DNA of 64,000 nt, taken from NCBI GenBank assembly GCA_027021445.1, contig JALUUH010000130.1, positions 16,872 through 80,871 on the forward strand, given 5' to 3'. Position 1 is the first letter of the stretch. Every line of letters begins with the position of its first letter. A program made the translations under genes and the position numbers. This DNA comes from Gammaproteobacteria bacterium (GTDB taxonomy: Bacteria; Pseudomonadota; Gammaproteobacteria; S012-40). Below the pieces are notes generated by a model. That model was given only the letters and a program-made list of their open reading frames with translations, made no database searches and had not been told where the DNA came from. Shown in pieces: positions 1 through 9,513 of the stretch.

Positions 1-1020
1 AAAGATACCCATCGTTATTCCTTATCACGCGGTATTCCACGACTTAGAAAAGCGATTTGCAGTTGGTATAAGGATAAATATGATGTTGATTTAGATCCTG
101 ATTCAGAAGCGATTGTGACGATTGGATCCAAAGAAGGGATTGCGCATCTTGCGTTGGCGACGCTAGGACAGGGAGATTCTGTTTTAGTACCAAATCCTAC
201 TTATCCTATTCATCCCTATGGATTTGTCATTGCGGGTGCTGATATACGGCATGTCCCAATGGTTCCTGGGGTAGATTTTTTTGTGGAATTGGAAAAGGCG
301 ATAAAAGATACCTGGCCAAAACCCAAAATGCTGGTGCTGAATTTTCCGGGCAATCCTACAACCCAATGCGTTGATCTAGGATTCTTTGAGAAAGTAGTGA
401 AAATAGCAAAAGAACATCAAATTTGGGTCATACATGATATCGCCTACGCCGAGATTGTTTTTGATGGTTATAAAGCCCCCTCAATATTGCAAGTCCCTGA
501 TGCAAGAGAAGTAGCCGTTGAATTTTATACCTTATCTAAAAGCTATAATATGCCGGGTTGGCGGGTAGGGTTTATGTGTGGTAACCCCCTTTTAGTCGGT
601 GCGCTTGCAAGAATGAAATCTTATTTGGATTACGGTATGTTTACGCCTATTCAAGTGGCGGCTATCACTGCACTAGAAGGGTCACAGGACTGCGTAAAAG
701 AAATTTGTGATATGTATTTGTCACGCCGAGATGTGCTTTGTGAGGGGCTTAACAACATCGGTTGGCAGGTCGAAAAACCACAAGCAACCATGTTTGTGTG
801 GGCACCGATTCCTGCTGCTTATAAAGAGATGGGTTCTTTGGAGTTTTCTAAGAAACTATTAAAAGAAGCAAAAGTCGCTGTTTCACCAGGCATTGGTTTC
901 GGGGAATATGGTGATGACCATGTTCGGTTTGCACTGATTGAAAATAATCATCGTACACGTCAGGCACTTCGCGGTATACGCGATATGTTTCGTCAAGATG
1001 AACAAAAAACAGGAGAATAA
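1..1020 (+). CDS. class I/II PLP-dependent aminotransferase (AlaC-like), 5' end cut by window edge
   Basis: Frame 1 is open from nt 1 ([23 protein letters not shown]...), so the ATG at 115 is internal. PLP-lysine motif [16 protein letters not shown]. Lies upstream of hom-thrC. Confidence 0.85.
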   Translation, partial: KDTHRYSLSRGIPRLRKAICSWYKDKYDVDLDPDSEAIVTIGSKEGIAHLALATLGQGDSVLVPNPTYPIHPYGFVIAGADIRHVPMVPGVDFFVELEKAIKDTWPKPKMLVLNFPGNPTTQCVDLGFFEKVVKIAKEHQIWVIHDIAYAEIVFDGYKAPSILQVPDAREVAVEFYTLSKSYNMPGWRVGFMCGNPLLVGALARMKSYLDYGMFTPIQVAAITALEGSQDCVKEICDMYLSRRDVLCEGLNNIGWQVEKPQATMFVWAPIPAAYKEMGSLEFSKKLLKEAKVAVSPGIGFGEYGDDHVRFALIENNHRTRQALRGIRDMFRQDEQKTGE

Positions 1021-1021
1021 G

Positions 1022-2344
1022 GTGGATCCCGTAAAGGTAGGAATTTTGGGCTTGGGTACGGTGGGTGGAGGAACGGTGAATGTCTTAACCCGTAATGCCG
1101 AGGAAATCACTCGCCGTGCAGGGCGGGGTATCGAAGTTGTACAAGCTGCTGCCAGAGATCTTAGTCAACCACGTATTTGCAGTACGGATGGTATTTCATT
1201 AACGACTAAGCCTGAAGATGTAGTGAATAATCCGGATATTGACGTAGTGGTTGAATTAATTGGGGGTGATACTCTCGCGCGTAGTTTGGTCATGCAAGCC
1301 ATTCAAAATGGTAAACATGTGGTTACGGCGAATAAGGCCTTAATCGCTAAATATGGTAATGAGATTTTTGCTGAAGCCCAAAAAAAGGGGGTGATGGTTG
1401 CGTTTGAAGCAGCTGTTGCGGGCGGGATTCCCATTATCAAAGCCTTGCGAGAAGGCTTGTCGGGCAATAGTATCGAATGGCTTGCGGGAATTATAAATGG
1501 CACTGGAAATTTTATCCTGACTGAAATGCGCGACAAGGGGCGGAATTTCGAAGATGTATTGGCCGAGGCTCAGCGTCTAGGTTATGCCGAAGCTGATCCT
1601 ACGTTTGATGTCGAAGGTATTGATGCAGCGCACAAACTCACCATTCTCGCTTCCATCGCATTTGGTATCCCGCTACAGTTTGATGCCGCCTATACGGAGG
1701 GCATTAGTCAGATTACCCGCGAAGATGTTAATTACGCGGAAGAACTTGGCTATCGAATAAAACACTTAGGTGTTGCTAAAAGAACGGAGGCGGGTATTGA
1801 ATTAAGGGTACATCCAACGCTCATCCCCGAGCGCCGACTGATTGCCAGTGTTGATGGCGTTATGAATGCGGTATTGGTAAAAGGGGACGCGGTTGGTTCT
1901 ACGCTTTATTATGGCGCAGGCGCAGGCGCTGATCCGACGGCTTCTGCGGTTGTTGCCGATATCGTTGATGTCACACGTACGTTGACATCCGATCCAGAAA
2001 ACAGAGTGCCGCATTTGGCGTTTCAACCCGACGCTATTTCGCAGTCAAACATCCAAATATTACCTATTGACGAAATCCATACCGCCTATTATTTAAGAAT
2101 GGATGTTACCGATAAACCCGGCGTTTTAGCGGATTTAACGCGTATTATAGGTGATGCAGGAATAAGCATAGAGGCCTTTATTCAAAAGGAGCCCGAAACT
2201 GCGGATGCCGATGCCAGAATAATTATTCTGACGCATTTAATCGCAGAGCAACAGATGAATAAAGCTATTACCCAAATTGAGAAAATGCCAGTAATCCACG
2301 GAAAAGTGACGAGAATTCGTGTGGAATATCTTGATAAAGATTAA
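1022..2344 (+). CDS. hom: homoserine dehydrogenase
   Basis: N-terminal VKVGILGLGTVGGG Rossmann motif and C-terminal ACT-like region. GTG at 1022 lies 5 nt after AGGAGA (1011-1016). Track start 938 and ATG 998 lack an SD and add non-conserved residues. Confidence 0.9.
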   Translation: MDPVKVGILGLGTVGGGTVNVLTRNAEEITRRAGRGIEVVQAAARDLSQPRICSTDGISLTTKPEDVVNNPDIDVVVELIGGDTLARSLVMQAIQNGKHVVTANKALIAKYGNEIFAEAQKKGVMVAFEAAVAGGIPIIKALREGLSGNSIEWLAGIINGTGNFILTEMRDKGRNFEDVLAEAQRLGYAEADPTFDVEGIDAAHKLTILASIAFGIPLQFDAAYTEGISQITREDVNYAEELGYRIKHLGVAKRTEAGIELRVHPTLIPERRLIASVDGVMNAVLVKGDAVGSTLYYGAGAGADPTASAVVADIVDVTRTLTSDPENRVPHLAFQPDAISQSNIQILPIDEIHTAYYLRMDVTDKPGVLADLTRIIGDAGISIEAFIQKEPETADADARIIILTHLIAEQQMNKAITQIEKMPVIHGKVTRIRVEYLDKD

Positions 2345-2364
2345 ACATTGATAGGTTAAAATTT

Positions 2365-3444
2365 ATGCCATTTAGAGAACGTTATACTGGACTAATAAAT
2401 AAATATCGTGATCGCTTACCGATTAGCGATGATACGCGGGTGATTAGCTTAGGCGAGGGCAACACCCCGCTCATTCGATTGAATAACATTCCTCGTATGC
2501 TTGAAAAAAATGTCGATATTTATGTGAAATACGAAGGATTAAATCCTACTGGTTCTTTTAAAGATCGAGGTATGACATTAGCGGTTACTAAGGCCGTTGA
2601 AGAAGGCAGTAACGCAATCATATGTGCTTCTACCGGTAATACATCAGCCGCTGCTGCCGCCTATGCTGCAAGAGCCGGTATCACGGCTTTTGTACTGATT
2701 CCAGATGGAAAGATTGCAATGGGTAAATTAGCACAGGCAATAATGCATGGAGCGGTTGTTGTACAGATCAAAGGAAACTTTGATGAAGGCATGCAATTGG
2801 TAAAGGAAATTGGTAAAGAAGTGCCGGTAACCATTGTTAATTCAATCAATCCTTATCGGTTGCAAGGGCAGAAGACTGCGGCATTTGAAATTGTTGAAGA
2901 GCTAGAGTGCGCCCCCGACTACCACTGTTTGCCGGTAGGGAATGCAGGTAATATATCCGCGCACTGGATGGGATATTGCGAATATTTTGAGCATGGGATT
3001 GTTAATAATCGTCCTAAAATGCTGGGCTACCAAGCGGCGGGGGCGGCTCCGTTTCTGCGCAAGGAAATGGTCGACAATCCTGAGACCGTTGCTACCGCTA
3101 TACGAATTGGCCATCCGCAATCTTGGGACAAGGCGTGGAATGCACAAACAGACTCTAATGGATGGTTTGATGAGTGTAGTGATGAGCTGATCTTAGAGAC
3201 CCAAGCCTTGCTTGCAAAGCGCGAAGGAATATTTTGTGAGCCAGCTTCTGCGGCCTCTTTGGCTGGCTGTATTCGTGATGTTAAATCCGGCAAAATACCT
3301 GAAGGTAATAAAATTGTCTGTACATTAACGGGGCATGGCTTAAAAGATCCGGATACTGCGATCAGGCAAGCATCTACCGAAATTCTGACGGTCAATGCCA
3401 ATTTAGCTGAGGTTAAAAAGGCAATAATGAATAATATGGGTTAA
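2365..3444 (+). CDS. thrC: threonine synthase
   Basis: PLP-lysine motif NPTGSFKDRGMT, 359 aa, immediately downstream of hom. Confidence 0.92.
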   Translation: MPFRERYTGLINKYRDRLPISDDTRVISLGEGNTPLIRLNNIPRMLEKNVDIYVKYEGLNPTGSFKDRGMTLAVTKAVEEGSNAIICASTGNTSAAAAAYAARAGITAFVLIPDGKIAMGKLAQAIMHGAVVVQIKGNFDEGMQLVKEIGKEVPVTIVNSINPYRLQGQKTAAFEIVEELECAPDYHCLPVGNAGNISAHWMGYCEYFEHGIVNNRPKMLGYQAAGAAPFLRKEMVDNPETVATAIRIGHPQSWDKAWNAQTDSNGWFDECSDELILETQALLAKREGIFCEPASAASLAGCIRDVKSGKIPEGNKIVCTLTGHGLKDPDTAIRQASTEILTVNANLAEVKKAIMNNMG

Positions 3445-3566
3445 AGCTGCATTTTTCTTGGCTGTGAACTTGCTCGAAAAACATACGTTAACCAGGCTTG
3501 CTTTTTTGGCCTCGGATGACCTTATGCTGCGAAGTACAGGAATGTGCGAGAGTGTGCGCGACGATT

Positions 3567-3592
3567 GCTGTTCTCAGGCATAGTCTCCTATG
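3567..3592. repeat. degenerate fragment of the TGTTCTC REP-like element
   Basis: GCTGTTCTCAGGCATAGTCTCCTATG resembles the core plus right arm of the copies at 49331 and 54637 but lacks a left arm. A second right-arm fragment, CAGGCTCCTAGG, is at 3681-3692. Confidence 0.4.
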
Positions 3593-3783
3593 CATTTTAC
3601 CCTATGGGTGAGCCCATTTCAGATAAAAACTCTTTAAATATCAACGGTTAAATTATTATCGAGCGATCAACTACCGATTTCAGGCTCCTAGGTCACAGTT
3701 TTTTTAATTATTACCCATATAAAAAACATGAAATCTGACGATAACCTGATGGTAGTTAGATTGGTAATTTAACGTAGTGGGAT

Positions 3784-4062
3784 ATGGGATATAAAATGCT
3801 TGAAAAACAATTGATTATTGAGAGTGTCAATGAAGATGGTCGAAAATTTAGACCCAGCGATTGGATTGAGCGCATATCTGCTGTAATGGGTTCATTTGGT
3901 TCAGATCATCGACTGCACTATAACAAAAGTGTGCAACCAAAAATGGTCAATGGAGAAAAATGCTTGGTTGTTGATAGTTGTTTAGAGCAAGAGGATCCAG
4001 CAGGTTATAGGTATATCATCAAGTTTGCAGAAGAAAACCAACTGCGCGTATACAGGCAATAG
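3784..4062 (+). CDS. small conserved protein, DUF3579-like
   Basis: 92 aa. DGRKFRPSDWIERI ... KCLVVD ... AGYRYIIKFAEENQLRV matches my recollection of the DUF3579 pattern (GRxFRPSDWAERL). Followed by a terminator. Confidence 0.65.
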   Translation: MGYKMLEKQLIIESVNEDGRKFRPSDWIERISAVMGSFGSDHRLHYNKSVQPKMVNGEKCLVVDSCLEQEDPAGYRYIIKFAEENQLRVYRQ

Positions 4063-4105
4063 GCTTGATCGCTAGCCCCGAACAATAACACAATAGGGGA
4101 AGAAT

Positions 4106-4136
4106 AAAAAAGCCTATCATTGATAGGCTTTTTTCT
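4106..4136. terminator. bidirectional rho-independent terminator between convergent genes
   Basis: AAAAAAGCCTATCA-T-TGATAGGCTTTTTT: 9-bp perfect stem (4111-4119 / 4121-4129) flanked by an A-run and a T-run. Confidence 0.8.
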
Positions 4137-4196
4137 TAGACACCATTTAATGCCGATCTAGCACAAATATTAGAGCCAGGATTAAATTATTCCAGT

Positions 4197-4739
4197 TTAA
4201 CTTCCTACATGTTTTTCTTTGATTTCATCCAGCGTTTTGCAATCAATGCATAACGAAGCAGTCGGTCGCGCTTCTAAACGACGGATTCCAATTTCTACAC
4301 CACACTGCTCGCAAAAGCCATAATCACCATTTCCCACATTCGTTAACGACTCATCAATTTTTTTAATTAATTTCCTTTCTCTGTCACGTGCTCTAAGTTC
4401 CATCGTAAACTCAGATTCCTGAGTCGCTCTATCACTAGGGTCTGGAAAATTGGCTGCCTCATCTTGCATGTGATGCACGGTTCGGTCTACCTCTTCCATT
4501 AACTCCTTTTTCCACGCATTCAAGATGGCTTTAAAATGAACAGACTGAGCGTCGTTCATATATTCTTCATCTTCCTTTTCTACATAAGGAGCGATATCTC
4601 CAAAGGCAGTCGTCGTTGCTGCATTTTGAAGATTTGTAACCGCTGTTTTTTTTGCAGCGGACTGATCATTGGCTTCAGTAACGCTAGCCTTTGATTTAGC
4701 AGCAGTTTTTTTGGCAGACGCTTTTTTCTTTGCCGGCAT
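4197..4739 (-). CDS. dksA: RNA polymerase-binding factor DksA with Lys/Ala-rich N-terminal extension
   Basis: Core VDRTVHHMQDEAANFPDPSDRATQE and a 4-Cys zinc finger CEQCGVEIGIRRLEARPTASLCIDC. 180 aa versus about 150 for typical DksA. Confidence 0.92.
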   Translation of the reverse strand: MPAKKKASAKKTAAKSKASVTEANDQSAAKKTAVTNLQNAATTTAFGDIAPYVEKEDEEYMNDAQSVHFKAILNAWKKELMEEVDRTVHHMQDEAANFPDPSDRATQESEFTMELRARDRERKLIKKIDESLTNVGNGDYGFCEQCGVEIGIRRLEARPTASLCIDCKTLDEIKEKHVGS

Positions 4740-4872
4740 GCCTTAATCCCCCGAGTAGCTTGGTTTTTGAGAACTCGCCTTTTTACCAGAAATATTTGTG
4801 AACCGCAATAAAAAGAAAATATATTTATGGATGAGAGACTTTGTATTCAAGTGATGAGAAAATAATGGATCC

Positions 4873-4898
4873 AAGAGGCTGCCCGTGAATAGCCTCTT
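4873..4898. repeat. hairpin with REP-like arms (AAGAGGCT / AGCCTCTT)
   Basis: 8-bp perfect stem with a 10-nt loop in the dksA/HAD divergent region. The arms resemble GGAGGCTG / CAGCCTCC of the REP-like family, but the loop differs. Confidence 0.35.
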
Positions 4899-4950
4899 CA
4901 GGGGCCAGTCCGAGACAATAACAAACATTCAGCATGGAGTAATTAAATAA

Positions 4951-5709
4951 ATGAGTTTGCAGGCGTTAATCTTTGATGTAGACGGAACACTAGCAGATAC
5001 GGAGAGAGAAGGGCATAGAATAGCGTTTAATGAAGTTTTTAAAAAAAATAATCTTGATTGGTTTTGGGATGAAAAACTTTATGGCGAGTTACTTTCGGTA
5101 ACGGGCGGTAAAGAGCGCATGAAATATTATTTGGATAAATATAATACACAATTTGCCAAGCCGGAAAACTATAACGAATTTATTCAAAACTTGCATAGTG
5201 AAAAAAACACGGTATTTGTTGACTTATTGCGCAATGGGAAAATTGGCCTGCGAGTCGGCGTTAAACGAATTATCGCTGAAGCGCAAGAAGCTGGTTTACG
5301 ACTGGCTATCGCGACCACAACAAGCCCTGAAAACATCCATAACCTACTCGTGGCAACGCTAGGGAAAGAATCTCTCGCGTGGTTTGATGTTATCGCTGCA
5401 GGAGACATTGTGCCTGCTAAAAAGCCAGCACCCGATATATATACTTATACGCTTGCGCAAATGGGCATAAATGCGGATCAGGCGATAGCATTAGAGGATT
5501 CGGAAAATGGCATTAAGTCTTCTCTCGCGGCAAACTTAAAAACAGTCGTTACGGTTAACGATTACACTTTAAAACATGATTTTACCGGTGCGTCTTTGGT
5601 CGTTGATTGTTTTGGAGATGCTAGTCATGCAATGCAAGTAATAGCGGGCGAGAGTTTCGGGAAAAATATGATTGATATTGAGTTGCTAAAAAATATTGCT
5701 AACGCATGA
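4951..5709 (+). CDS. HAD-superfamily phosphatase, CbbY-like
   Basis: HAD motif I FDVDGTLADTE. N-terminal region (GHRIAFNEVF...LDWFWDEKLYGELLSVTGGKERMKYY) is typical of the CbbY family. Confidence 0.8.
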   Translation: MSLQALIFDVDGTLADTEREGHRIAFNEVFKKNNLDWFWDEKLYGELLSVTGGKERMKYYLDKYNTQFAKPENYNEFIQNLHSEKNTVFVDLLRNGKIGLRVGVKRIIAEAQEAGLRLAIATTTSPENIHNLLVATLGKESLAWFDVIAAGDIVPAKKPAPDIYTYTLAQMGINADQAIALEDSENGIKSSLAANLKTVVTVNDYTLKHDFTGASLVVDCFGDASHAMQVIAGESFGKNMIDIELLKNIANA

Positions 5710-6890
5710 GTGCTCAGTCCCCTGTTGCAGTGAGAATAGAACATATTGAGCCATTTCATGTCATGGCTCTTCTTGCACGAGCTAAGGAGTTAGAGTCACA
5801 GGGTCAGGACATTGTGCATATGGAAATCGGAGAACCTGATTTCGATTCACCGCAACCCATATTAGAAGCAGGTATCAATGCATTAAAACAGGGGCATACT
5901 CATTACTCCCCAGCACTTGGGCTTCCAGCGCTTCGATCCGCAATTGCTCATCATTATAAAAAAAATTATGGGCTAGACGTGGCGGATGAGCAGGTTATTG
6001 TTACCCCAGGTTCATCCGGCGCTTTGCAGTTGATTATGCATGTATTGATTAATCCAGGTGAAGAGGTTTTATTGGCGGATCCTTCTTATCCATGTAATCG
6101 ACATTTTATTCGATTAGTTGAAGGCCTGATTACCACCATTAATGTGGATGAAAAAACAGATTATCAGCTCTCTGAAAAACTGATAGCCGATCATTGGTCA
6201 ACAAGAACAAAGGCCGTCATGATTGCAACGCCGTCGAATCCTACGGGTACCGTGTTGAACCAGCATGAAATGCGACGAATCGCACGGCAAGTGGCTGCAA
6301 GGAATGCTTATCTTATTGTTGATGAAATCTACCATGGGATTGAATATGGAGAAGACAAACTTCAGACGGCATTTGGCATCAATAACAATATTTTTGTGGT
6401 GAATAGTTTTTCAAAATATTATGGAATGACGGGATGGCGGCTGGGTTGGATGCTAGCGCCTAAGCCCTTTGTTTCAGCAATAGATAAACTCGCGCAAAAT
6501 ATATTCCTTGCGCCATCTACGCCTGCCCAATACGCAGCGCTTGCTGCATTTTCAGATGAAACACAAGACATATTACAGCACAGAGCCGATGAATTTCGTT
6601 TACGGCGGGATTATTTGCTGGCTGCGATTACCAAACTGGGTTTTGCGGTTAAGATTAAACCAGAGGGCGCATTTTATATTTATGCAAATTGTGAAAAATA
6701 CAGCAATGATAGTTTTTCTTTTTGCCAAAAAATCTTGGAAGACATAGGGGTTGCGGTGACTCCCGGTGTAGACTTTGGACAATATCATGCAAATACTCAT
6801 TTGCGATTTGCCTATACAACATCCCTGGAACGTTTAGCAATCGGTGTAAAACGCCTTAAAAAATATTTGAGTTATATCCGTGGCATTTGA
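5706..6890 (+). CDS. class I/II PLP-dependent aminotransferase
   Basis: PLP-lysine motif NSFSKYYGMTGWRLGW. ATGA overlap (5706-5709) with the upstream HAD gene. Confidence 0.88.
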   Translation: MSAQSPVAVRIEHIEPFHVMALLARAKELESQGQDIVHMEIGEPDFDSPQPILEAGINALKQGHTHYSPALGLPALRSAIAHHYKKNYGLDVADEQVIVTPGSSGALQLIMHVLINPGEEVLLADPSYPCNRHFIRLVEGLITTINVDEKTDYQLSEKLIADHWSTRTKAVMIATPSNPTGTVLNQHEMRRIARQVAARNAYLIVDEIYHGIEYGEDKLQTAFGINNNIFVVNSFSKYYGMTGWRLGWMLAPKPFVSAIDKLAQNIFLAPSTPAQYAALAAFSDETQDILQHRADEFRLRRDYLLAAITKLGFAVKIKPEGAFYIYANCEKYSNDSFSFCQKILEDIGVAVTPGVDFGQYHANTHLRFAYTTSLERLAIGVKRLKKYLSYIRGI

Positions 6891-6898
6891 GATCTAGG

Positions 6899-7669
6899 TT
6901 ATGAAGTCACTGCAAGTTTTTCCTTGCCTATAACATCTTCTCTAAAATGATCAATATATATTAAAGTTGAGGCGACGACGGCTGAAGGAACAATAAAGAA
7001 ATTTAGGATGGGTAATAGGGTGCCGAGCATTACCGCGCCACCAAACCCAAGTATGAGCCATTTTTTGGTTTTTAATAAACTTCTTTGTTGAGCAAACAAT
7101 ATTTTTTGATTAGATAAGGGGTAATCGAGATATTGCAACGATAATATCCAAGTACCAAAAAGTATCCAAAGCATGGATGCGAGTAAATTTATTCCAGGGA
7201 TTAGCAGTAGTATTAAAAGCGGCAAGCTGCGACTTAATGAATAAAATATTTTTTGCCATTCGTCTTGCAGCGCTGGAATTATTTCTGCAAAAACACTCCC
7301 CAATGAATTATCGTTTTCTTTTTTTCCGAGCTTATAGTCTTCTACTGCTTCTGATAATATCCCATTAAAGGGCGCACTGATAATATTAGCAACAATCGTA
7401 AAGGTAAAGTAAGCAAAAAGAATAATGGAGGCGCCGAGTAAAAGCCAGATAAGCCAATCAATCCATTGTAGCCATTCAGGTAGGCCAGCAACGAGTTCTA
7501 AGATCAAGTCATTCAGCGAGCTATAGAGAAGAACTGACATGCTCGCAAAGAGCAGAATATTAATAATAAGGGGAATTAGCACAAATTTTCGTAATTCTGG
7601 TAACCGCAACATGCTAAATCCTTTGATGAGATAAAGTGCGCCTGCTAAGGGGTTGTTTCCGGTGGTCAT
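6899..7669 (-). CDS. cysZ: sulfate transporter CysZ (EI24 family)
   Basis: Collinear with E. coli CysZ: PEWLQWIDWL, SAPFNGILSE, EWQKIFYSL, LQYLDYPLSN. Multiple TM helices. Confidence 0.85.
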   Translation of the reverse strand: MTTGNNPLAGALYLIKGFSMLRLPELRKFVLIPLIINILLFASMSVLLYSSLNDLILELVAGLPEWLQWIDWLIWLLLGASIILFAYFTFTIVANIISAPFNGILSEAVEDYKLGKKENDNSLGSVFAEIIPALQDEWQKIFYSLSRSLPLLILLLIPGINLLASMLWILFGTWILSLQYLDYPLSNQKILFAQQRSLLKTKKWLILGFGGAVMLGTLLPILNFFIVPSAVVASTLIYIDHFREDVIGKEKLAVTS

Positions 7670-7711
7670 TAAATTCTCCTATCCATTTTTCTATCTCAAT
7701 ATACGATTTAG

Positions 7712-8986
7712 TTACTTGCGATTATAAACCGTGTTGTTCGTGACTGACTTTAATGCAAGTATTGCGGTGCCATAAGCAGCTTCTTCATTACTGGCTTTTT
7801 TGACGGGTATCCCCAACAGGTTTTGTCGAATTAACGTCCATTTATCATTGCTTGCTCCACCTCCGGCACTGTATACCACGCTTGGGTAAGGAGCGCCTAA
7901 CTCTGCGAGTTTTTCATACCCTTTTTTTTCGATGTGCGCTATTCCTTCTAATAATGACTGTAAAAACACACTATCTTTTTTGGGGTATTGAGGAATGCCA
8001 GAACTCATCAAGGGATTATTAACTGGGAAGCGTTCACCGGGGCTAATTAATGGATAATAAGCACGGTGTTGTGCTTGATTTGGGTTGAGTTCCTTAGAGA
8101 GTTGTTGAATTTCATCCAAGCTGAAATAATGTTTTAAAACGGCACCTCCAGAATTCGATGCTCCTCCTACTAGCCAGTTTGATCCTAATTTGTGACTATA
8201 GATACCACAATCCGTATCGAATAGCGGTTTATCGCTGACCAGCTTTAAGACTAAGGTAGACCCTAGCGAAGTGACTCCTTCTCCGACTTTAGTTGCGCCA
8301 CTTGCGATGAGTGCGGCAATGCTATCGGTCGTACCGGCGACGATGTTAACCCTGGAATCTATCCTCAGTAAATTTTTTAATCCCGTCGTTAATTGACCAA
8401 TAATGGTGCCGGGTTCTACTGAGCAGGGAAGTGTTTGATATAAACTTGGATTTAATTTTTTAATCCAACTAGGCCAAGTTTGGTGACTAACATCATAACC
8501 CATTTTAAGCGCATTGTTTTGATCAGTATAAATATAAGTGTCTGATAATTTGCCCGATATCCAACTCGCTTGGCAAAGACTGAAGGCGATTTCATGCCCA
8601 TGTTTATGCTGTAAATAAAGAAGCTTTGCGAGCGCGGAACTGGGATTGTTCACGGCGCAATCTTTAGGTGCTAGTTCAGCAATTTGTTGGGCTTGCTCAA
8701 TACAACTGCTGTCGTTATACATGAAAGCAGTATCTAGTGGTGTGCCATCGACATCCACGACTAAGACAGTACCCGATGTTCCATCCACTGAAATCGCATT
8801 AACTTTAGTTGAATCACAGTCTTGAAATAGGGATTCTAAGACAGACAAGGTGGTATTCCACCAGATATTGGGGTCTTGTATAATCCTGTTAGTCTCATTA
8901 AGCAGTGTGGGCATGCTCTGCTCAGCAAAGGCCATGATTTCACCTTGGATATTGATCGCACATGCTCGAACCCCAGATGTTCCCAC
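7712..8986 (-). CDS. FGGY-family carbohydrate kinase (substrate unknown); N-terminus uncertain
   Basis: VGTSGVRA phosphate-1 motif at the extreme N-terminus and GGGASN near the C-terminus. The conserved IGID preceding GTSG lies upstream of the only canonical start (GTG 8986). Confidence 0.8.
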   Translation of the reverse strand: MGTSGVRACAINIQGEIMAFAEQSMPTLLNETNRIIQDPNIWWNTTLSVLESLFQDCDSTKVNAISVDGTSGTVLVVDVDGTPLDTAFMYNDSSCIEQAQQIAELAPKDCAVNNPSSALAKLLYLQHKHGHEIAFSLCQASWISGKLSDTYIYTDQNNALKMGYDVSHQTWPSWIKKLNPSLYQTLPCSVEPGTIIGQLTTGLKNLLRIDSRVNIVAGTTDSIAALIASGATKVGEGVTSLGSTLVLKLVSDKPLFDTDCGIYSHKLGSNWLVGGASNSGGAVLKHYFSLDEIQQLSKELNPNQAQHRAYYPLISPGERFPVNNPLMSSGIPQYPKKDSVFLQSLLEGIAHIEKKGYEKLAELGAPYPSVVYSAGGGASNDKWTLIRQNLLGIPVKKASNEEAAYGTAILALKSVTNNTVYNRK

Positions 8987-9018
8987 ATCAATGCCGATAT
9001 AAAGTGAATGATTAGATG

Positions 9019-9408
9019 TCAGGGCAGATGTACCGAAACTAAGGGTTTCCAGTCAGAAGCCCGGTATTCGGTGACCACATCCGTATAAATGCCACCACGG
9101 ACGTAAAATTCAGCCATTACTTTCATGTATTTTGGTTTGCATGCATCGACTAAGTTTTGCAGAATTTCATTGGTAACCGCTTCGTGAAACTTTCCTTCTT
9201 CTCTAAATGACCACATATAGAGCTTAAGAGATTTTAATTCCACGCATGCTTTATCCGGGACATAGTGAATATGCATGGTTGCAAAATCTGGTTGGCCTGT
9301 TTTCGGACATAAGCATGTGAATTCTGGGATTTTTATTTTAATAGTGTAATCAGTAACCAGTTGTGGGTTTTCAAATATTTCAAGATTTTTACTTGCTTGG
9401 GTAGGCAT
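9019..9408 (-). CDS. queF: NADPH-dependent 7-cyano-7-deazaguanine reductase (type I QueF)
   Basis: Catalytic Cys context [13 protein letters not shown] and QueF motif [13 protein letters not shown]. Confidence 0.9.
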   Translation of the reverse strand: MPTQASKNLEIFENPQLVTDYTIKIKIPEFTCLCPKTGQPDFATMHIHYVPDKACVELKSLKLYMWSFREEGKFHEAVTNEILQNLVDACKPKYMKVMAEFYVRGGIYTDVVTEYRASDWKPLVSVHLP

Positions 9409-9513
9409 AAACTCATCTCTATGTTAATTTTACGGGTTCGATTCTAACTGAATCGGCCTTCAGTTGCCGAGTAGAATTATCTCTGAATCAAGTCATTGTG
9501 AGTTTTATAGAAA

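Noticed and set aside
938-1021. N-terminal 28 codons of the track ORF for homoserine dehydrogenase (start 938), overlapping the aminotransferase gene
   Set aside because: The extension ([20 protein letters not shown]...) is hydrophobic junk with no SD. The conserved Hom N-terminus begins at VKVGILGLGTVGGG, and a GTG with an AGGAGA SD is at 1022.
4743-4928. 61-aa minus-strand ORF in the dksA/HAD divergent region
   Set aside because: No SD and a low-complexity translation. It occupies what must be the promoter and 5' UTR region of both flanking genes, and no family was recognised.
9409-9513. Possible preQ1 riboswitch upstream of queF, and a tRNA T-arm-like string GGGTTCGATTC (9434-9444)
   Set aside because: The reverse complement does not resemble the preQ1-I/II consensus. 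The T-arm-like 11-mer has no surrounding cloverleaf or CCA and no adjacent integrase, so it is most likely chance.
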